This document shows positions 12,504 to 24,822 of a stretch of DNA of 64,000 nt, in pieces (the stretch's first letter is position 1; each line of letters starts with the position of its first letter). A program made the position numbers and the translations under genes. This DNA is from Schmidtea nova (taxonomy: Eukaryota), in contig CM097884.1 of NCBI GenBank assembly GCA_044892505.1, positions 95,976,001-96,040,000 of the forward strand. Direction: 5' to 3'. The notes beneath the pieces are model-generated. The model ran no database searches. It worked only from the letters and a program-made list of their open reading frames with translations, and had not been told where the DNA came from.

Positions 12504-14224
12504 CCGTATATTTCGGCGTATAAGGCGACCGTCAGATAAGACGAGGTACAAAATTAGAGCAAATTTTTATGATTTATCATATATCGGTTGTATAAGACGA
12601 CTGCTAAATAACGAAACCATGTTTGTTTAGCCTAGGCTAGAGATTGCAACACCCGGTATCTTATGAAATATTGGTTATGTAAAGATGATTTATTAGTATA
12701 GATTCAGTATAGATTGGTATAGATTGAAAAAAAAAATTCATTTTATTATTAAACCCATATCAGGAATGGAACCGCCAACAAAAAGAAGAAAATATGAGGC
12801 AAGTTTCAAGTTGAAAGTCGTAGACGTAGCCAAGGGTTCAAACAACTGCGCTGCTGCAAGACAATTTGATGTTACTGAAAAGATGGTACGAGAATGGAGA
12901 AAGAAGGAGAATGATATAAGACAAATGCCCAAAAACAAATGTGCAATGCGGTGAGGAATCACATGTTGGTCGAAATTGGAAGACGACGTTGCAGAATGGG
13001 TACTCCAGCAGAGACAAGATGGCTACATTGTGACCAGAAATAAAATAAGATCTCATGCTTTGAAATGGGCCAAGGCAAACAAAGAATAAAGTAAAGACTT
13101 CAAAGCTACAGTGGGATGGTGCAGTAGGTTTATGAACAGAAGAAATTTAGTAATAAGAGAAAAAACAAAAATCGCTCAGAAACTACCAAAAGATCTCGAG
13201 CACAAAATAACAAACTTCCACCATTTCATAATTCAGCTAAGGAAAAGGCATAAATTTCCATTATCCCATATCGGAAATATGGATGAAACTCCAATGAATT
13301 TTGACATGCTTGGTAATAAAACAGTGGATTTTAAAGGTGTAAGAACAGTAAACGTGAAAAGTACAGGACACGAGAAGACAAGATTTACAGTGGTATTAGG
13401 GTGCATGGCAGATGGTACTAAATTGAAACCAATGGTTATCTTTAAACGTAAAACAAAACCTAAAATAACTTTTCCTCCTGGTGTTTTGGTTCACTTCCAC
13501 GAGAAAGGGTGGATGGACGAGAATGGTGTAAAGTTATGGATTGAAAATATTTGGAACAGACGGCCAGGTGGTATGCGAAAGGAACGCAGTTTGTTGGTCT
13601 GGGATATGTTTCGGAGCCATATAACGGCTAATTCTAAAACTCGTTTAGCGCGCAACAACACCGATATTGCGGTTATCCCAGGTGGTTTAACTTCTGTACT
13701 TCAGCCGCTTGACGTAAGCTTAAATAAGCCATTCAAGGATAATGCTAGAGCACAATGGAATGAGTGGATGATGAATGGTGAAAAGTCATTTACAAAAAAC
13801 GTAGCTATGCGTGGTGCCTCACTTGATGTTCTTTGCGAGTTTGTTATAAAAGCATGGGATAATGTTAAGGTAGAAAGTGTCATAAAATCCTTTAAAAATG
13901 TGGAATATCTAATGCCATGGATGGTAGTGAGGATGATTTATTGTATGAAAGCGAAGATGAAGCCGAAGTCGACTTGCCAGAACCACAATGGAATCCCTAC
14001 GATGATGGCATCTGTGATGAATCTCGTGATGTATTCGAAAAACTTTTCGAAACAGACGGTGATGATGGTGATGAATTTGATGGGTTTTAGATATGCATAA
14101 AAGTAGTATAAATACAACTACCTGTACTGTAATACTTTCTTTTATATCGGTTGTATAGGACGACCCACAATTTTCAAGGGTGATTTTTGACTTTAAGGGT
14201 CGTCTTATACGCCGAAATATACGG
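12504..14224 (+). mobile_element. pogo-superfamily DNA transposon (DD35D, Passer/POGK-like), full length
   Basis: About 27-bp TIRs CCGTATATTTCGGCGTATAAG(G/A)CGACC; TA TSD at 12502-12503 and 14225-14226. Confidence 0.95.
12764..14100 (+). pseudogene. pogo DD35D transposase with in-frame stops and a 3' frameshift
   Basis: Brinker-like DBD (RRKYEASFKLKVV...VREWRK); CENP-B HTH; GNMDETP, LVWDMF and LQPLDVS with 35 residues between the 2nd and 3rd Asp. Confidence 0.9.
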
Positions 14225-14409
14225 TAGTTTTATTTTGGTGCAATAAATATTAAAATGAACTTCAGTAAATTATGGGAACCTATGACGAGATTAAAATCAA
14301 AATAATAAAAAACAAAATAACTTTCATTAAATATATAATAATTAAAATTGATTGTGATACATATAGGCAATAAAATTTACAAATAATAAAATAATACCAG
14401 GTACGGGGT

Positions 14410-15175
14410 AACTGAAAGGGCATGCTGTTCAGTGACCCCGCACCGAACAAAAGAATGTTTCTTACCGAATTTTTCTTTTTTCCACAAATTCTTTAATTCA
14501 AAACAAAAATTTTTACTAAATTCTCCAAAAAATTCTGCTTATTGCCACTTTGATGGCGGTATATATACCATCGATTTTCGTCACCTTCACCAGTGTAATA
14601 AAACAAATTATTCTAGAAGTTTCCTTTTAATTTTTCTAATTTAATTCTAATGATTTTCCGAAAATTAAATCCATATTTTTGTGTAATAATTTTTTACAAA
14701 ACAAAATAATTTATTTTAATTCAAATTTTTTATTTTTGAATCGAAATTTGTTCGATTTGATTTAATTTACGATATTTCAATTAATATTAGTTCTTTTTAT
14801 TGTTAATGTGAAATATTTTGATAAAATCACAATCTTCGGCTAAAATTTTGCTAATTTTTTCTGCATGAAGGTTTTATAACACAATTTCGTTTTTTATGGG
14901 TATTTTCAATGGGTTTTCCGCCTATTCTAACTTTTAAACGTTCTTCTTTTGATGGCATTTGATTTTTCTCGAGGTTTCAATGTAAGGGCTTTCAGACTCA
15001 CAGCTAGCGCGTTCTCTACTGGTTGATGTGTTTTGAGTCCACTTCACCTTTTGGTGTTTTCCACTTAATCGTTTGGATTTTCAATGGATATTTGGGTTAA
15101 AACTGAATCTTGCGCGCTCTCTACCTATGGGGTTATCGCTTCACTAAAACAATTTGTGGTTTTTACCCAACACAT
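14410..15175 (+). repeat. Unclassified dispersed repeat family C copy 1
   Basis: Shares blocks with 50100-50937, e.g. GCGCG(C/T)TCTCTACCT, AAACAATTTG and CCCAACAC. Confidence 0.55.
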
Positions 15176-15176
15176 G

Positions 15177-16125
15177 CTATGTAGGGTTGTGTTGTTTTAT
15201 GGAGGTTAAGAATATTGTATTTAAGTTAATGTTTGCTGTAGAGGAATTGTAGAGCCCGAGAGAGTCTTCCAAATATCGTGTGGAGACACTTGGGGTGTGT
15301 GCTGTGTACGTTGTGTAATGTCTGCGTGTTTTTGAATTTGTAACAATACAGTTTAACACAAAATTAAATAATTGATAACTAAAACTTAAATCTAAGAAAT
15401 TTTATTCAATTAACAAAGCAGATGTAATACTCACGTTTTAAAGCTTTAGCTCAAACATAAAATTCATAAAATATTGTTTTCCTTGGTTGTTTTATTATTC
15501 ATGTCTTCTTTAACCCCTTTACCGGTAGACCCGAGGATACTCGTTTTATAGATTTATAGACAAAAAATTATACAAAAAAACATTTTTCATGAAATCTCAG
15601 AAAACGTTTCAAACCTCAATGTAGCTGCATTACATCATCGCTATAGACTACATAATCACAAGAACTGTCATTATGCTCGATTTCAAAAAAAAAGTTGACG
15701 GTAAAGGGGTTAATTAATCTTCCAATTTAGTTTTGAATTGTCAATCTTCTTTTTTAATAAATTTCTGTCTTTGTATTTCTTATAAGATTCTCGATTCTTC
15801 TGTTAATATTCTTTTTTCTAAGCGATTTCCTATTTTCTAACTTTATTTGTGGTTTTTTAATTCTTTGTAATTCTTTCAGTTATTTTTTTAATCAATTCCT
15901 AATTGTCAATCTTCCATAGTTTTTAGAATTTTCTGTTAATCTTTTCATTGATTTTTTATTTGAATTTTTATAATTTTATTTTATTATTGTTATAAGTTTT
16001 CCAAGGCCAAATTGTCGATCACAACAAAGCAGAAATCAAAAGGGGGGTTACCTGGTGTCCGCAAGGACATCCACCAATATAAATACGACAATAATATAAA
16101 TGCGACAATAATAAATACACACTTG
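15177..16125 (+). mobile_element. Repeat family A copy 3 (probable solo LTR)
   Basis: Starts TGCTATGTA; hairpin 15255-15295 nearly identical to the reverse complement of 6651-6690; AAAAGGGGGTTACC near 16040. Confidence 0.6.
15514..15709. mobile_element. piggyBac-like MITE (196 bp)
   Basis: TTAA TSD at 15510-15513 and 15710-15713; TIR CCCCTTTACCG / CGGTAAAGGGG. Confidence 0.9.
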
Positions 16126-16420
16126 ATAAAGGCTGTGTCGAAATATTGTGTTATTGTTTATAAAAAAAAATTGTGATCTATAGTCATTATTATGAGAATT
16201 ATTGATAATAATAATAAAAAAAGATCAAATGTGAAAAAAGATAATTATGATAATAATGTGTTATTGTTTATAAAAAAAATTATGATCTATAGTCATTATT
16301 ATGATAATTATTGATAATAATAATAAAAAAAGATCAAATGTGAAAAAAGATAATTATGATAATAATATGCATATTGATAATTACAATAAAAGTAACAAAT
16401 AATAAAAATATACAGCATTA

Positions 16421-16455
<35 letters not shown>

Positions 16456-16675
16456 CATAATTATCTTTTTTCACCTTTGATCTTTTTCTTTTTATTATTA
16501 TCAATAATTCTCATAATGATGACTATAGATCAAAATTTTTTTTATAAACAATAACACAATATTTCGGCACAGCCTTTATCAAATACAGACTTGATAAAGG
16601 CTGTGCCGAAATATTATGTTAATGTTTATAAAAAAAATTTTGATCTATAGTCATCATTATGGGAATTATTGATAA

Positions 16676-16680
<5 letters not shown>
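16120..16680. repeat. Tandem plus inverted duplication (fold-back) of a ~110-bp unit
   Basis: Two direct copies at 16146-16367, then an inverted copy and another direct copy forming a palindrome centred near 16585 (CCTTTATCAA atacagac TTGATAAAGG). Confidence 0.85.
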
Positions 16681-16733
<53 letters not shown>

Positions 16734-16738
<5 letters not shown>

Positions 16739-19035
16739 AATTCTGTTTTTACGCGAACTTATTTTACGCGAATTTGAATTAACGCGATTCAACAAAATTA
16801 TTTCGTTCTGTTTTTACGCGATTTGATTTGATTTAATGCGATGCAAAAAATTTCATTTTTAGCAAAAAAAATTCAAATATAAATTCAATTAAAGTTAAAG
16901 GTAATTTATAATTTTAAGTCCATTCATTTATTACATGCAAATAAATTTTTTTTATAGGAACCTCATTACAATTAATAATGTCAGCTAAAAACAAACGAAT
17001 TGAAAAGCTATTTCTTTGGAAATTAAAATCAAAATTTTGGATAGACTAGCCACTGGAGAAGGTGCTACTTCAGTAGGGAAATATTTTAATTTAAAAGAAT
17101 CAACCATAAGAACTATAAAAAAATGAAGAAGCTATCAGAAAATCTGTGATTGCTGGAACAAATATGAGTGCTCATACAACATCATACACAAGAGACACTG
17201 TAAAAGAGAAAATAGAGAAGGCTCTTGTAATATGGATGGAGGATTGCTCACAAAAACAGATACCTGTTGACGGAAATGGCATAAAGCAGATGGCATTACG
17301 AATTTATAAGCAGATGAAAGAAATGGAACCACAAACATCAGGCCAGAAAGATAAAAAATTTGAATTTTCTGCAAGTACAGGTTGGATGACAGGTTATCTG
17401 CAAAGGCACGCGCTTCATAATATAAAAATTAGGGGTGAAATTGCATCTGCAGATGAGGATGCAGCTAAAGCATTTCCCCAAAACTTGGCTAAAATAATTG
17501 AAGAACGTGGCTACACTCCGGATCAGGTATGGAATGCAGATGAAACAGGCCTTTTCTGGAAAAGAATGCCGAGCAGAACATACGTAGCCAAATCCCAGAA
17601 AATTTCAAGTGGGTTTAAAGTAGCCAAGGATCGCGTGACCTTTTTATTTTGTTCTAACGCTTCAGGAGATCGAATGCTGAAACCTTTACTTATAAATCAA
17701 GCACTAAAACCACGGTCAATGAAAGGTGTAAATTTTAGTAGATTGTAGTCCACTGAACAGCAAATAAAAAAGCCTGGGTGACTACTGAAACTTTTAAGAA
17801 ATGGTTCTTAAAATATTTTGTACCAGAAGTTCGGCGCTATATGAGCGATAAAGGTCTCAAATTCCAGGTTCTATTGATTATAGACAACGCACCAGGTCAT
17901 CCCTATATGGAGGACCCAAATGTCAAATTTTGTTTTTTGCCGCCTAATACGACTTCGTTGATACAACCACTGGATCAAGGAATCATAGCAACCTTTAAGA
18001 CCTATTATGTAAAGCAAACATTCCGATAAATTTTAGATAAATTAATGAATGATGAAAATTTAAAAGTCATGGACGCGTGGAAGAAATTTTTTATTAATGA
18101 CTGCATCAAACATGCTGGATTGGCACTATCAGAACTAAAACCATCAACTTTAAACGCATGTTGGAAGTCCCTTTGGCCAGAATGCGTCAAAAATAAAGAT
18201 CCAATGCCTTCTAATACAGTCGAGTATACCAATATTATAAAATAGCCTTAGCTCGTGAAGTAGGCGGAGAAGGTTTTGATGATCTCTCGTCTGCAGATAT
18301 CGAAGAATTATTAGTGGATAAGGGACTTAGCACTGATGAAATCATTGAAACGCCTGATGCCCAAGAAATAAGTGAAGATGACGTAGAGATTCCTACCTTC
18401 ACCCCAGATCTAATCAAAGAAGGACTGCAACTAGCAGCTAAATTGAGCGATCATTTTAGCAAGCATGATCATATTGAGGAAAGAGCTCGGAAATTTGAAC
18501 GTGACATGAAATTATTAATGGGTAATTATCGTGAATTATATAACAGCATTATCAAACCGAGAACATAACGATTGATAACTGAATTTGTGACTAAACTCAA
18601 AACAAATGAAACATCAACACCACTTGAACATGAAAATGAAGTTGCAAATATTTCTAGTGATGACAGTGACGTTCAAGTCTCACATAAACGAATGCATATA
18701 TCATCAGGAAGTGACAGCAATTAAAAAATATGTTTTATAATATATTTTGCCATTTTTGTTTTATTAAAATGAATTTTTTGTGATATTTTGATAAATAATG
18801 AATTTTTTTGTTAAATTAGTATTTCTTATCATTTTTTCGTTTGTCCTTTAATATTATACTTATAAATATATCTTTTAATAAATATGAAATTTGTAAAACA
18901 CCTAAAAATATAAATTTGTATATTTTAATCACATTATTTTGGTTGATTTTGAAAATTCGGAACCAATCCTATACTTTTTTTCTTTTTTTACGCGAATTTT
19001 CGAGGAACGTATCTATCGCGTAAAAACAGAATTAG

Positions 19036-19038
<3 letters not shown>
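16734..19038 (+). mobile_element. Tigger (pogo superfamily) transposon, full length, in a TA repeat
   Basis: TIR CCTAATTCTGTTTTTACGCGA / TCGCGTAAAAACAGAATTAGG; flanked by TA runs. Confidence 0.9.
16978..18600 (+). pseudogene. Tigger transposase, fragmented
   Basis: CENP-B HTH (FSASTGWMTGY); WNADETGLFWK, LLIIDNAPGH, IQPLDQG (DD29D spacing). Confidence 0.9.
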
Positions 19039-19077
<39 letters not shown>

Positions 19078-19429
19078 TAATTGAATGAATATATTATACT
19101 TATTATATCATATATTATATTATATTATAAATTAAATTAAATTAAATATACAGTTATTTACAAAATAAATGCTGTTGTTTAAAAAAGATAAAGCACTTGC
19201 AGAAATTAAAATTACGAAAATTACGAACATTTACAAGATGGATATAAATAAAGATATGAAATCTCCTACTGCAGAAACACAACGCAAGCACAGAAGTTTG
19301 AGAAAATTATTTTAAAAAAAGAAACAATTTTACCCGATAATAAATATTTCAATCGCGTTTTATTTGTATTTTATCTTTCCTCATTAAGGGAAACTCAGAA
19401 CGGGGTTCTGAAATCCAGAGCCCCATAAT

Positions 19430-19440
19430 TGGTGTCAGAA
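19430..19440 (+). promoter_or_regulatory. Primer-binding site, tRNA-Leu-like
   Basis: TGGTGTCAGAA 2 nt after the LTR end; complementary to the 3' end of eukaryotic tRNA-Leu(CAA) as I recall it. Confidence 0.65.
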
Positions 19441-21141
19441 CTGGCCACTACAGTAAAATGTTTCAGTCAGATCAAAATTCTATGCCTACTCAATCAATGA
19501 TTAATCAGCAGCCTGGCCACTTTGTAATCGTAGCTTCGCAATATCAATCATAATCTGAGCAACAATTGTCCATTAATACTACCAATAAGAGGCCTATACA
19601 ACCGAATAATATTATGTTTACCGATGTAAATAACATGACAATACGTATTATTTATTATATTTATATTCATAAAATTTTATTTATATTTATCATAATTTTA
19701 TATATATTATTTAATAAATTTATTTATAAAATTACCCTTCCGGATTTCTCTACCCCGCCTTTCTTCCGCCCTTTAACTACAAACCGCACCCATTATCCTA
19801 ATCAAGATCCAACACACGATAATGAGTCTTTCACCAAAACCACACCGATACTACCAGTCTATATCTTCACGCGATTTAATAACAGAATACGGGAAATCGC
19901 TGTTACCTCCGATCTAAACACCGACATTGCCACATCGCTTCGCATTGACAAGACCTCGTTCTATGTGTCGTGCAATGGTTTTTTAGTCTCAGCTGCAGTC
20001 TAATTCAATCCTAGACATCCACTTTTGCATGCTAGGATGCGATAGAATCACAACAGAATCATCTTCCTCATTCGGATTCCGCTCCATTCTGTTTTTATGG
20101 ACCCAGGCGGTACACCTTCGTGGTTTCGGATCTTTGAAGCGCATACGTCTTCCTCTCCAAAAACACGAACGGATTACCTCCTCAACAGTTTACCTGCCGA
20201 ATTGATAACCAAACTAGCCCCGAAAATCGCTGATGCTCTTGGCACAGGAAATCAATATGAAAGCCTAAAAAATGTCATTACAACCAAATACACTTCTTCA
20301 CAGACCCAAGCTTTGCTAAAACTATTGGCACCACAGATTTACTCAGGCCAATAGCCTAGTCTCTTTTTGCAGAGATAGTTCGTTCAAACGACACGACAGT
20401 ACCCGGTCTTTCTAAAAACGCACATCTATTGATCCACCAATTCTTTTCTGCACTCCCACAATCTACAAACTTCTCTAGAACTAGTCGACTCTGAAGACCC
20501 ATATCACCTCGCTAAGATCGCTGACCGCATTCACGCACTCCAACCACATAAACCATTCGCAGATATTTACGCAGAACCTCCACTAGCCCCACCGTTAACG
20601 CAACTCATACACTTCACAACTCTTTCCCTCAGAACATCGAAAGATATCCCAACAACACATCTCCATCACATAATGCACAACATCCATATCACCCACCAAC
20701 AACACACGAACAAAACATACAACCAATTATAGCTCCCCACTAATCATCTTTTATCATAGCTGATTTAGACAGCATGTACAGAAATGTTGCATCGGTTGTA
20801 TATCAGAATTTCGCTCCCAAGTCCAACCTTTCCAGTTTGTATCCATTATCACCTCTTCCAGAATGATGCCAGATCGTGCCATGACGGATGCACTTAAGCA
20901 CAAGCGACAACCTTCCACCAAAAAACTAGTCAAGTCATCGGATATTCCTGGACGCTCCGATGACTCCCCCCAGTGAAGTCTCTTCCTCACAGACAACCAT
21001 GTTCAACGCGCACACGATCAACTCCGTCAGCTAGCACTATCTCAGAAACAATTGCTACTTTCTCCACAGTACTATTTTTTTACTCCGACCCTTGAATCAC
21101 GTTTGCTCCTTTTCCCATACTCTCCGCGTACTTCGGCGTGG

Positions 21142-21377
21142 NNNNNNNNNNNNNNNNNNNNNNNNNNNNNNNNNNNNNNNNNNNNNNNNNNNNNNNNNNN
21201 NNNNNNNNNNNNNNNNNNNNNNNNNNNNNNNNNNNNNNNNNNNNNNNNNNNNNNNNNNNNNNNNNNNNNNNNNNNNNNNNNNNNNNNNNNNNNNNNNNNN
21301 NNNNNNNNNNNNNNNNNNNNNNNNNNNNNNNNNNNNNNNNNNNNNNNNNNNNNNNNNNNNNNNNNNNNNNNNNNNNN
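21142..21377. other. Assembly gap (N run) flanked by ~65-bp inverted repeats
   Basis: N run; 21075-21141 is the near-perfect reverse complement of 21378-21445. Confidence 1.
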
Positions 21378-22329
21378 CCACGACGAAGTACGAGGAGAGT
21401 ATGGGAAAAGGAGCAAACGTGATTCAAGGGTCGGAGTAAAAAATATTACTGTATATATATATATATCAATGTGTGTATATATATTTATATGTTAATTGAA
21501 TGAATATATTAAACTTATTATATTATATATTATATTATAAATTAAATTAAATATATAGTTATTTATAAAATAAATGCTGCAGAAATTAAAATTACAAAAA
21601 TTACGAACATTTACAAGATGGATACAAATAAAGATATTAAATCTCTTACTGCAGAAAGTCAACGCAAGCTCAGAAGTTTTGGAAAATTATTTAAAGAGAA
21701 GAAACAATTTTACACGATAATAAATATTTCACTCGCGTTTTATTTGTATTTTATCTTTTACCTGATTAAGGGAAACGCAGAACGGGGTACTGAAATCCAT
21801 AGCCCCACAGACAACATGAATTATAAAACAAATTGTTTATCTTTGAATATTCTAGTGGGAATTCAAATAGCGTAAATAACTAAAAAAAATACTATAGAAA
21901 TATTTTGCGAAATTTAAAATGCTGTAAGTGATAAAACAAGGCTTTAATTCGTAACACATATACGAAAGTGCATTTACTACAAGGGTGAAATTGGAAAAAG
22001 TAGTGTAACTTTTTTGACATTATTAATTGACAGTTGACACTACATCTTTCTCATTCAGTTATATCCGATACATGATAGCTAAATTGAATGTGAATAACAT
22101 AAATTCCCTTATATATTATTTATATTTGTGTCCAATGTTGGAGCGATCGAACCATATTGCTTTTATTACCCATAAAACATTGTTTGCAAGCTTTATAAAG
22201 TATTTAGCATTGTTAGAAAGATTTTTTAAATTTCCATTTTGTTAGTATCACTTGCAAATTATATTATTGATCGTTATTTATGTAATTTATGTTAACTTTT
22301 TGTTTCTATTTTGTTTGTAATAAAGTAAA

Positions 22330-22965
22330 ATGATCAGTTTAAAACCAGGAACTCGATTTAGAATTCAACGTAAGAATAAACAATTCAATTATAAAGGAAA
22401 AGATACACCAATCGTTGATCCTTATAAAAATATTAAAGTGAAATTTTTTAATTATTTAGCTGGCATTTGCTACAAAAGAAAGATTTTCGCAATTGGAACA
22501 CTACAGGAATATATTTAAATTTTTATATGATATTCCATCATTAGCTGACGAATCATAATCAATTAAAAAAAACTTTTAAGATCTACATATAGCATTACAG
22601 TTAGTAATGATTCCGATATACCCATTAAATTTATATAACAAACTTTTTACACTTAAAACTTTTTTTAAAAAGGTATGTCGCCATTGGAAGTTTTGAATTA
22701 TGTAAATGAAGATCATTTGACTTAAAAATTTCCTAATTCGTTTATATCACTGTGAATTCTGTTAAACTTCCTGAGTCTGTTACTAGTGCAGAACGATCAT
22801 TTTAAAACTTATTAAAATTATTTAAGGTATTCAATGGCCCAAGAAAAGATTGCCAGATTTAGTAATTTTAGCGATAGAATACAACATTTCAATAAATACA
22901 AATTTTGACGAAAATGTTGATAATTTTGTAAAACAAAAAGTTCGTAGAGTTCATACTAAATAACT
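22330..22965 (+). pseudogene. hAT (ZMYM1-like) transposase C-terminal relic
   Basis: Degenerate SVTSAERSF...QEKI..DLVILAIEY dimerisation-domain motif at 22770-22890. Confidence 0.6.
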
Positions 22966-23529
22966 TGTTATTTTTTTTTATTTAAGACACTATAAATTTA
23001 CGTTTATATTATTGGAACAAATAACCAAATATCAATAAATTTTAATTCGATAAGTTTTTAGTTTCGAAAATTTTAATTTTGTCGTGTGTTCACTGTTTGC
23101 CTTAGGTAAAAAGTTATATTCATATTATCTTCAATATATTATCACTATTTTTTTGCTGATTGTTTTAAATGATAATTTATTATTTTACTTAAATGTATTT
23201 ATATTTGGTACTTTGTTATTGTAAAGGTTATTATTTTTTGTTGTTGGTGTGTTGGTAGATGTTTTTCAACGTGGGATTTACTTGATGTAAGAATTAGGGT
23301 AATCCCGCCAACATAAAAACGATAACCTTGCGCTAGTACCCGTGACTCGTCCCTAATTGCTTATCACGCTGGTAATGTACTGGCCTGTTGAAGTCAAAAT
23401 GGTAGGTGAGTTATTTCGCAATAACTATTCCCCTATCGCCCATACGGATTCATTCTGACCGATAGAAGATCTTGGTAACTTTCTTATTGTGTCCCATTAT
23501 ATTATACTTTAATTAGTTTTAAACTTCAT

Positions 23530-24822
23530 CATATTCCACATGCAAAAATGTAGCAAGCAATTGGATAAACTATATTGAAACCACTTATTCGGATCTACAA
23601 TGAAAATGATATTTTTAATGAGGATGAAACCGGTCTTTTTTTAAATGCCTTCCGGGTAAATCATTTGTGTTACAAGGAGATAGCTGTCAAAAAGGCAAGA
23701 ACAGTAAGGAAAGAATAACCATATTGCTTTGTGCTAATATGTCAGGGACCGAAAAAATTAAATCGTTGGTTATTGGCAAGTCAAGACGTCCACATTGTTT
23801 TAAAAATGTCAATTCACTGCCAGTGGATTATGATTATAACTTAAAGGCGTGGATGAATTCATCCATTTTTGCTAAATGGTAGAATTTGGGAAGCAAAATC
23901 GGAAAGTTTTGTTTTTCTTCGATAATTGCTCAGCCCAAGGAAAAGATGATCTTATATCCAAACTAAATAATATCCGATTGGAATTCTTTCCTCCTAACTT
24001 AACAGCGCTTCTTCAACCAATGGATATGGGTATTATCAGATGCTTAAAAGTGCACTACAGAAATGGAGTAATAAAAGAAATATTTAGGTTTATTGAGAAA
24101 AAAGAAAATTGGCCCCAAATTACCTTATTAGATTGCATAAAACGAATTTCAAAAATATGGGATGTATACATCTCTCCTACAACAATCAAAAACTGTTTTA
24201 GGAAGTCTGGATTCTATGATGACGATGATAATATTCCGCTAATAAATATTATTGAAGCAACGGAAACAAATTATATTTCCCTACGGCTAATATCCAATTT
24301 CGTAGAGGAGTTTACGGATTATCTGGATTGTGATGTTAATGTTGTGTGTGGGGATATTATGACGGATGATGATATCATTGAAAATGTACAGAATCAATCA
24401 ATGTCTATCAGTAATATATCTGAGGATAGGATTGGTGGGGAAGTGGATGAAACGAATTAGTCTTCTGGATTCTCATTTGTGACAAATTCAGAAATGAGCG
24501 ACTGTATTCAAAAGTTAAGAAATGGAATGTTATAGCGATCTTCTGTACCACAAAGATTTTTCAATACGCTCAATGAAATGGATGTTTTTTTAGAAATGGA
24601 TTAAATGTTTGTTCTGCGGCAAATTATTTTTAATTATGTACTTTTAATAAATTTGTTTTAAAATGTAACATGTTTTTGAAATTTTTCTACTTCGGTCTAA
24701 TAATATTATTAAACTTAGTAATCACAAATATAAGAATATTTCCCTGTTTAATTCGATTTCCTGGGTTATTCGATTAATCTTTAAGGTCTCTTGGAGAATC
24801 GAATTAAACAAGTTATACCCGT
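23530..24822 (+). mobile_element. 5'-truncated Tigger-like (TIGD4/6-like) transposon
   Basis: FNEDETGLF, KERITILLCANMSGTEK, FFFDNCSA, LQPMDMGII; 3' terminal structure TCGAATTAAACAAGTTATACCCG-TA. Confidence 0.8.

Larger units (their letters stand above)
19037..21809 (+). mobile_element. Small degenerate Gypsy-like LTR element (gag remnant, no RT/IN visible)
   Basis: Two diverged ~340-390-bp direct repeats (19037-19427, ~21470-21809); PBS-like TGGTGTCAGAA at 19430-19440; Gag-like fragment PSWFRIFE...YLLNSLP...YESLKNVI at 20097-20354; contains an N gap. Confidence 0.75.
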
